Shown: positions 55,150 through 64,000 of the stretch, piece by piece
Position numbering within the stretch: the first letter of the stretch is position 1
How the letters are laid out: the number at the start of each line of letters is the position of its first letter
Source: the human T2T-CHM13v2.0 reference genome, Homo sapiens
Reading direction: 5' to 3' (one strand)
Assembly: GCF_009914755.1 (NCBI RefSeq)
Contig: NC_060928.1
DNA: 64,000 nt
Position numbers and translations under genes: made by a program
The notes under the pieces: generated by a model
What the model saw: the letters and a program-made list of their open reading frames with translations, nothing else
Told to the model about the DNA's origin: nothing
The model's database searches: none

Positions 55150-58100
55150 TTTCATAATTGGTAACTTTATCCAAGTTTGCTGATTCTTGATCTGCTTACC
55201 AATATCAAAATGATTTGGATGTTCCCAAAGACACCAATTATTTTCTTAATAACCATTATAAAAATAGTATTTAAATAATCTGATTTTTAATAGTAATTGG
55301 ATGAAAACAAAGATACACTGGTTATTCTTTTATTTACATTTTAATTCTAAAATATTATTTCTAATAAGTAAAATATTATCTTAAAATATGAGCAGTATGT
55401 TTAATAGTTACCAATTTTTGTTAATTTTCTTTATGTATAATAAAGTTACCAATTTTTTAAATTTTTCCTTTATGCATGATAAAGGGTTCTTACATCTGAT
55501 TTTGAATCATTTGAAAAATTTTTCACTTTCTTGATGACATTGTTTGCTGCCCACACAAAAATAATTAATTTGGACATAGCCCAACTTATTTATAATTTTC
55601 TTTTTTGCTTGTGCTTTGATATTATACCTAAGAATACATTAGCTAACTCAAGTTAATAAAGATTTACTTCCTCATTTTTTTCAAGGAGTTTTGTAGGTTT
55701 AAGTCTCATATTGATTCTATAATCCATTTTGTTAGTTTTGAGTATGATGAGAGGTCAGTCTCCTTCTTCATTCTTTTTCATGTAAATAGCCTACTATCCC
55801 AGCAGAATTTATTATGAAGACATCTTTTACTTTATTAAATTGTCTTGTCACTGTTGAACGTCAATGAACCATAGATTCTTAATATGATTTCATTGATCTA
55901 CAATTCTATCCTTATGCCAGTACCATTGTCTCTTGATTACTGTATCTGGTAGTAATTAAAAAGTGTGAATTCTGCAATTTGTTCATTGGTTTCAAGGTTG
56001 TTTTCGCTATTCAGTGTTTCTTGTATCTTTATATTAGTGATATTTGTAATAAAATACAGCTGAACTTTTGAGAAGTATTGTGTTTAACTTATAGACCAAA
56101 TTAAGAGCATTGCTACTTGAATAATATCATCTTCTTATTCATGAATATAGGATTTATTTATTTATCTTGACATTTAAAATATTTCAAACAATATATTGTA
56201 CTTTTAGTTTACAAGTAACTTATTTTGTTAAATTTGTACTATTTTATCCTTTTTGATTGTATAAAAATGGAATTATTTACTTAATTTCATTTGGAAATGT
56301 TTATCACTACTGTATAGAAATAATATAGATTATTATTTAGTGATTTTGCATTACATTAATTTACTAAATTTGCTGATTAATTATATAAGATTTTCTATAT
56401 AAATGTCATTTACAAGTGGAAATAATTTTATTTATTCATTTCCAATTTCAGTTTTTTATATCTTTTTCTTATCTAGTTGCACTGGCTAGAATTTCTAGTT
56501 CAACATTAAATCAAAGTAGTGAAAACAGATATCTTTGCCTTGTTCCTGAACTCAGGGGATGCATTCCACCTTTCAATGTTAAGTACAATGTTTGTTGTGT
56601 GTTTTTGTTGATGCCTTTTGTTAAGTTGTGAATGTTTCTTATATTTACAATTCTTCAGTATTTTGAAAGGATCTTTTCAACTGCTTTTACTCTAATATTG
56701 ATGCAATATTTAGATATGTATTTTTAACTAACCTAAGCCAACATTGAAATACTATTATTACATTTCCTGTATAGATACTTCATACCTGACTATTTTCAAT
56801 TCTTCTCCTCACCCTTTGTGAAATTACTATTATTAATTTTACTTATCTACATGTTATATTTACTCACATATTATTTTATTTTATCTTTAGGTTAAATATC
56901 ATTAAGAATAAAACAAGATTATATTTTACCTTCATTTTTTTTCTTCCCTGATACTTCTCTCTTCTTTGTATAGATCCAAGTCTCAGATATATATCATTTT
57001 TTTATACCTGAATAACTTTTAACATTTTTTTCAGGAAGGGTTTTCTATCAGTGAATTTTCTCAGTTTTTGTTTAACAGAAAGAGATTTTATTTCTCTTTC
57101 ACTGTTGGTAGATAATTTTGCCAGAATAGAATTATAGGTTGGGTTATTTTTCTTTTATAAATCTTTTAGATATTCCACTCTACTCATTTGCTTGCATGGT
57201 TTCTGATGAGTTGTCCATAGTTCTTATCTCTGTTCCACTATAGGTTTTCTATGGCTTCTTTAAAAAATTTTCCTTGGTATTTGGTTTTCTGAATTTTGAA
57301 TATGACATAATTTTGTGCTTTGTTTGTTTGATTCATTTTTGTTTCTCTTTCTGTTTTCCTTTGTATTTATCCTGATTAATGATTTCTGAACTTTCTGGAT
57401 TTGTGATTTACTGTCTGTCATTAATTTTGAAATGACCTGGCCATTATTACTTCACATATTTCTTCTGTTCCATGCTCTTTTTCTTCTTCTCTAAATTATA
57501 TATATGTTGCTAATTTTGAAATTCTGCCACAGTTCTTGCATGTTCTGTTAGGTGTTTTTTCTTTCTTTTTTTGTTGTTGTTCTGTTTGAATTGCAATTTG
57601 GAATGTTTCTATTGACCTAGGTTACAGTTCATGAATTCTTTCCTCAGCTATGTCCAGTCTGCTGATGATCTCATTGTAGGCATTCTCCATTTCTGTTGCA
57701 GTGTTTTTTATTTCTAGCATTCCATTAATTCTTTATTACTTTCAATCTTTCTGCTTGCAGCACTAATATGTTCTTGCATGTTATCTAATTTTTTATTAGT
57801 TCTCTTAACATATTAGTCACAGTTATTTAAAATCCCTGATAATTCCAAAGTCTGCATCATATCTGAATCTGACTCTAATGCATAATTTGGCTCTTCAGAC
57901 TAAATTTTTTTTTGTCATTTCGCATGGCTTGCACTTTTGTTGTTGTTGTTGTTGGAAGTCATACAGTATGTACAGTATGTATCAGATAAAAGTAATGAAA
58001 GTAAGTAGGTCGTCAGTGTGAGGTTTTATGTTACTCTGTTTAGGAGTTAGACTGTGTTTAACGTTTGCTGGGTGCCAGACACTTCAGATGTTTCCAGTGT

Positions 58101-58800
58101 CTTTCTTTTGGTCCTCTGTGTTGTCTTTGAACTTTCCTAAGATCACCTCTTCAGATAGAGGCTGCATCACACAGCTCTTCAGACGTACTTTATTTTTAAT
58201 GTACTGGATCCCTGTTGCGATGGTGATAAGGTGCATTAGAAGGGGAATATTGTGTAGTGTTATGATTAAATCTCAGTCTTTTCATGAGGCTGTGTCTCCT
58301 GGCTGTGCTTGTCACAAGTGCTTCTTCAGTGGTATCACTTCTGCCTGCTACTGCCTTTCTCGGCTGTAGCATTCCCAACTTATGTCCTTGAAGTTCTGAC
58401 CTCTATTGACTATATTTTTATCACACTTCAGTAGAAAAAGACTAGAAAGAGATTGAATGGGAAGAATCCCCTTCCTCCATCCGCAATAAGGCTTTGGAAA
58501 ATTTTCCTCTGGAGAGTAGCCTTCTTCTTATGGAGAAAGTTCTGCATGTGTTTCACAATAATTACTTTTCCCTTTTTCTTGACAAATCTGCAAAGGATCT
58601 TTACTGAATCTTCACTGTGAAAACCTGGTTGGGCCACTTGAGGTAATGCCAATAACAAATGGGTATCCCTCCTTCAAGAATGGGTTCCCCAGGGGTTCAT
58701 CACTCACACTAGCTCACATTCAGCCTTCAGCAATTCGTCAATACTGCCATTTGAGTGCTCCCACAATCGTGACAGCACAAGTTGGTCAGAATTTGGATTC
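55150..58800 (-). mobile_element. Ancient L1 (L1MC/MD-like): ORF2 fragments, then ORF1 and 5' region
   Basis: T-rich antisense L1 segments (CTAGTTGCACTGGCTAGAATTTCTAGTTCAACATTAAAT...TCTTTGCCTTGTTCCTGA; TGCTTGCATGGTTTCTGATGAG; ATTCTTTCCTCAGCTATGTCCAGTCTGCTGATGA). Confidence 0.8.
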
Positions 58801-58855
58801 AAATAGGGGAATAAAGGAAAACAAGTCTTTTGTTTGTTTTAAAATTAGTATTATG

Positions 58856-59150
58856 TGCTGGGCACGGTAGCTCACGCCTGTAAACCCAGCACTTTGGGAG
58901 GCCAAGGTGGGTGGATCACCTGAGATCAGGAGTGCAAAACCAGCCTGGCCAACATGGTGAAACCCTGTTTCTACTAAAAATACAAAAAACAGGCGGGTGT
59001 GGTTGTGTGCGCCTGTGGTCCCAGCAACTCAGGAGGCTGAGGCAGGAGAATTGCTTGAATCCGGGAGGCAGACGCTGCAGTGAACCGGGATCGCGGCACT
59101 GCACTCCAGCCTGGGCAACACAGTGAGACTCCATCTCAAAAAAAAAAAAA
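58856..59150 (+). mobile_element. AluSx-like, full length
   Basis: Alu consensus with A13 tail; degenerate TSD TAGT(A/G)TTAT. Confidence 0.95.
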
Positions 59151-59239
59151 TAGTGTTATAAAAGACTGATTCATGTTTTTATATTATTTTGAATTAAATG
59201 AATATTTTTAAAAGAGTATTATGAACTTTCTTTTTAATT

Positions 59240-59650
59240 ATGGCAATGTCTAAATTTATATCTTCATCTGAGTCTTCTCTGTAGTGTCCCAAAATATTAT
59301 TATTATTATACAATTTGGATGTCCTAGAATTAAAAACAACAAAAACATCAAAATTTCTCTCAGTAACTCCATCAAAGTTGCTCCTACTTCTATGTTCTAA
59401 ATGTCAATTTTAAAAACGAATAAAAACCTAGTCAGCTAGGAAACAGCCTGGGAGTTAGACTAGTCTCCTGTTGTTTCTCTCTTGGGAAACGTATGATCAC
59501 TGGTCTTCTCAATTTCATACTGCCCCTGCTCCCTCATAATATTCCTCATGTAGCACCCAAGGTCTACTTGAAAACTGTAAGCCATATTATGTCATTACGG
59601 TCTTCAAATTTTTAATATTTCCTCATCAATAAAATAGTTCACGATGGTCT
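59240..59650 (+). mobile_element. L2 LINE fragment (tentative)
   Basis: Degenerate L2-like segments TTGGATGTCC...TCTACTTGAAAACTGTAAGCCATATTATGTCATT. Confidence 0.4.
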
Positions 59651-62600
59651 TTGATGTTTGTGTAAATAATTGACATTCACAGAAACTCTAAGGCTTTGCT
59701 ATATTCAGGGTACCACTGTGGCAAAATACAGACAAAGTTTCCTGTTTGTGTTTGGAAAGTCTGATGCAACATGGCTCTACCATCATAACCACAATGTAGT
59801 GTCCTGTGGATCAATGACTGAGCCAAAAGCAAGAATCTGTAGGCTGGGTATTAATGAGGACCCCCACACATCGGTGTGGTTTGAGACTTCTTGTGTGAAT
59901 GCAAAACTCCAAATGGTGTTTCTGCTTTTATTAAACATGGATGAGACACTCCCAATGGGTATTTCTCTATTGTGAAGTGTGATATTGATGTACAAGGAGG
60001 AGAAAATCAAAACACAGAAATTTAAAGGAATCAAAATGGATACAATGTTAACAAGTAAACTGGGCAACTGCCTCTTCTGTTGTGTACTGGAAAAAGAGGA
60101 GGCACTGATGGAATTCTCCATGAGTTCTGCTGTACACTGCAGCTTTTGAAATCTGAGTCTCACAAGAATCTTTACTTTTATTGAACTGCTTTTGCTTATA
60201 ATTTCTTACATATCTGATATGCACTTAAAGTACATTCACATCACCCACAATTAAGCAGAATTGACAGTCTAATAATTATTTATTTTTATATTAGCTTTCA
60301 GACTTATTCCCCTTTTAGTCAGAATTTAAAATAAGGATCTTAATCCAATAGAATGTAAGTCCTGTTTCAGTTCATGTCAGGAAGCCAATATGAGACTTAA
60401 AAATATTAGGTTAGTAAATAATATATCACATTAACTTAAAACTAACACTGATTTCAGACAAGTCTTTGAGATAAATAGATAACTTGATATGTTTATAACA
60501 TTTCAAAGTAAACAGAGTTAACATAAAATTATTTTATAAATTTAGAAAACAAAATTTAAAAACCAATAATCATTCTTTAATTACATGGTAACTATAAATT
60601 GCAAGGTTTTGATTACTAAATGATTGTACTTACATTTATGTGGATTCTGGTTCAAAATTCAATTTTTGAACTCTGATTGAAAGGAAAAAATAGTAATAAC
60701 ACAATGATGTGCTAATTTGTAAATATATATGTCAATTCGATATAAAAATTTATGTTATTTAGAGTTTTTGCCCTACCTAAAAATCTAGAAAAGATTTCCA
60801 TCAAAATATTATGAAGAAAAGTAAAATAGACTAAGTATCCACATACTTCATATAAAACAGCAACTAATTGTAAGCTTTAATAATTAAATAGTTTTACTTT
60901 AATAGTTAAAAAGCATGTTTAATTTTGCAAATGATACAGATTTAGTGTTTTAGCACTCTGTGACTTAAATGACTCTGTGGAAAACTATTTTATCATGAAA
61001 AATATACATAACAAAAAAAATTTAAAATTTTTTAATATCTGTTTGTGAATCTTCTTTCATACGCTTGTATTATAATTCAAATAATAAAACATTGTACATA
61101 CACATATATGCATAAATATTTTTATATGTATCTTTTACTTCCAAGTTCTTTTATAACTAAAAATGCTATATGGAAAATAGAAGGGAACAAACGTGAGCTT
61201 TCATTGACAATAGTTGGAAATTTTCAAGTATAATCAGAGAAAAATATGAAAAACAAACATCTATGTTAATTATAAGAAAACTGGGATGTATGAATCAGGG
61301 AAGATGTCTGTGAATTCTAGAGACATACTCACTATAAACTAACTGACCCCATTACCAAGTATTAGGCTAGACATTTTTAACAAGAGGACACTCAATTGTA
61401 GAAGGTAGGAAAAATCTTAAGAGATGAAAAGGCATAATTCAGTGGTCTGGCACATAGATTCATATACTACCACATTTATATTACTTTTCTTTATTTTCCT
61501 TCCTTGTAACAAAGCATCAGGAAATACACAAGCAATGTACTAATATTTATTTCCAATTACCCAACACATAAACATACTGCAGTAATGGAAAAATAATACC
61601 TTATTCTTATGATTCTTTAAATCCATTAATAGTATTTTGTATTTTCCCAAAACATTGCATGTTGAATGTCAAATATATTTTTTCACATTAACAACTATGA
61701 TTAATAAATAATAATTTTTTTGAAAACCTGGAATGAAAGAGTTAAAATGATATGCTGTTTGATTATTATAGAAGAATCAGAAGGAGATTCTGATCTAAAG
61801 ATGAGTTGTATTCCTTAGGCTTCTAACCATTAAGCCAATGTGACTGCCTAAGAGGAATTATACCTTCCTCTAACATAAACAGCCATATTCATTTGCAGAA
61901 GATGATACACACATGTAGTATACTACGTGGCCCACCAACATGGTGCAATAGCTATCTTGATATTGTGAAAGGGCCTAAAATTAAATGCTGCAAATATACG
62001 AAATGAAAGAAGACTAAGAAGTGCAAGAAAAAATGAATTACTTTGTAATGTTTCTCTTTTGAGATTAAAGTATAAAGCACTAAAAAGATTTATGAGGAAA
62101 AGTGGTATTACTCTTAATGCAACGGGAAATAAAAGACTGAGTAAAAGAAAGATGACAATGGGGAGAAAACAATAAACATCTATGGCTTTTATTTGTAATT
62201 TCTGAAGGCATTCAAGTGCTTCAAAATTATTAAAATCTAACATTATACAGTAAGAAAAAATATACTTAATTTTCTCTTTTGTTAAGTAATATTTTTAGAT
62301 TTATTAAAATTATTATTTTGAGACATAGTTTTGATATCATAATTTACTTGACTAATTTCCTTTGATAGAAAATGAGTTGTTGATAGTTTTTTACTAATAT
62401 AACAATGCTGAAATGAATGAAAACTAACCTTTGAAAGCACGACTAATGCTCTAGAAAGCTAAAGTTAGAAATATATGAAGTTGTTGGTGTTTGATCATTT
62501 GGATGTACAAAATGGAAGTTTCAGATTGTTCATCTGAACCTTACTAGTTCTTTGTTTTCACAGACAAGAAAATTCCTCTAGTTTAGAGAAGACAAATAGT

Positions 62601-64000
62601 TTGTGAAATGTCAGTTAGTTAACCAGTATGAAAATACAGAATTTGAGCTCAGTTTGAGGAACTAAAAACTTGTTTTGATTTTCCTTACAAAGCCACATGT
62701 GTTCAGTTCTTTAAGCCGGTCAGTACTTCATTAAGCTAGTTTTGATCACCAGCAGATATCTGCATTAAGTCCTGCTATGTAAAGTATTAGGCTAAAACAT
62801 ATGAAGTTACGCTAACAGCTATAAACAAGGATTTTATAATTGTATAGCACAATATTGCCTGGGAATAGTGTCATAATTTAAATATTTTTTATTTACTTGA
62901 TATTATATACATATATCACATATTAGAGTTCTTTAAAAGTCTTAATGCAAATGGATCATACAGCTACCTTACAATAGGTAACAGTTACATGTTCCAATTT
63001 TATCAAAATAGTCTCTCACTGTATATTCTATATTTAGACAGAAGCTGCTATATACTATGTTAAATTATAAAATGTTTTCTACATAACCTGGGAGAACTGC
63101 CCCCTAATCACCAATCTTTCTTTCTCTCCCTGTTCTCGTTTGGTTCAGCCATATGCTTAATCTACTTTGTGAAGAAAAATACAAGATAGTTTGTTGTGTA
63201 TTTATACTAATTATTTGGGTTCCTCAAGCAATCATACAGCACAGTATGTCCCTTATGTATTGATTAGTACCTCTTCCCAATTTTGCATCATTGTGTGTTT
63301 TTCTGATTATGTATAGCTGATTCACAGTCATTTGTTAAACATTGCCCATTCTCCCTTCAGTTAAAGGAATTCTAGTTTGGAAAACAAGCCAACAAACAAA
63401 ATCAGATGCATTGAATTAGAGTATACAGCGATAACTGAAATTCTGCATGTAATATCCCATTAACTGCTTGGATTCCTTCCACTTATTTGGTTTTAGGTTT
63501 ATAATCTGCTTATCCTGCTCATGTATTTAACATGGCACAAAGAGATTGTACGTTTCCACATCTATTTTTATACTTTGCCTTGGTTGCTCTGTGGAAGGTA
63601 TGCAAATCTAAAGTCAAAGGTACAAGAGCTTATCTAAGTGTGAGGTCAGATATGAGTGCTTTGGTTACTCATATCTGAGACCACAATCAGCTTGCATCTA
63701 ATTATCTCATGAATGATGACAGTGTATGTCCATAATTGCCTTCTTCCTAAGAGTGCTGCTGATTCACTGACTCATTAAATATGACCATTTACTCTATTTT
63801 GTATTGTGGAAGGGCAATCTGGCAACAGACCACTGATGCCGAAGGGCAAGAAGCTAATCCTAACCACTGTATATGAGTGACAGAGAAGTTTGTAGAACAC
63901 AAATAAAATTAATATCATTTAAATGAAGAGGACTTGAGAAAATTCATAGAATTTACTTTGAAATGAAGCAAATATGAACCAAAATGTCAGGGTATCATTT

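Overview
Primate, most likely human, genomic DNA: AT-rich, CpG-poor and dominated by interspersed repeats. I recognise no cellular protein-coding gene, tRNA, rRNA or CpG island. Nearly all ORFs in the track are chance ORFs or come from Alu, L1 or LTR sequence. Best-supported content: (1) an internally deleted ERV1 provirus remnant (gag MA, env tail, 3' LTR; 1-2332) interrupted by an Alu; (2) a degenerate ERVL/HERV16-like provirus (~7850-10760) and a separate ERVL RT remnant (~23.3-24.1 kb); (3) a complete THE1 MaLR element (LTR-internal-LTR, perfect 5-bp TSD; 52157-54453); (4) eleven Alus, including a nested pair, a left-monomer-only copy with a 17-bp TSD and a copy with a 56-nt pure tail; (5) many solo LTRs, L1/L2/MIR fragments, a Tigger3a-like element and microsatellites. 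In apparently unique DNA there are candidate + strand exons (36925-37073 and an 18-nt micro-exon at 47263-47280) and a hairpin with a TF-motif cluster at ~63.6 kb. I found no convincing novel biological system. Subfamily names are recalled from consensus sequences and need RepeatMasker/Dfam confirmation; boundaries of old repeats are approximate.
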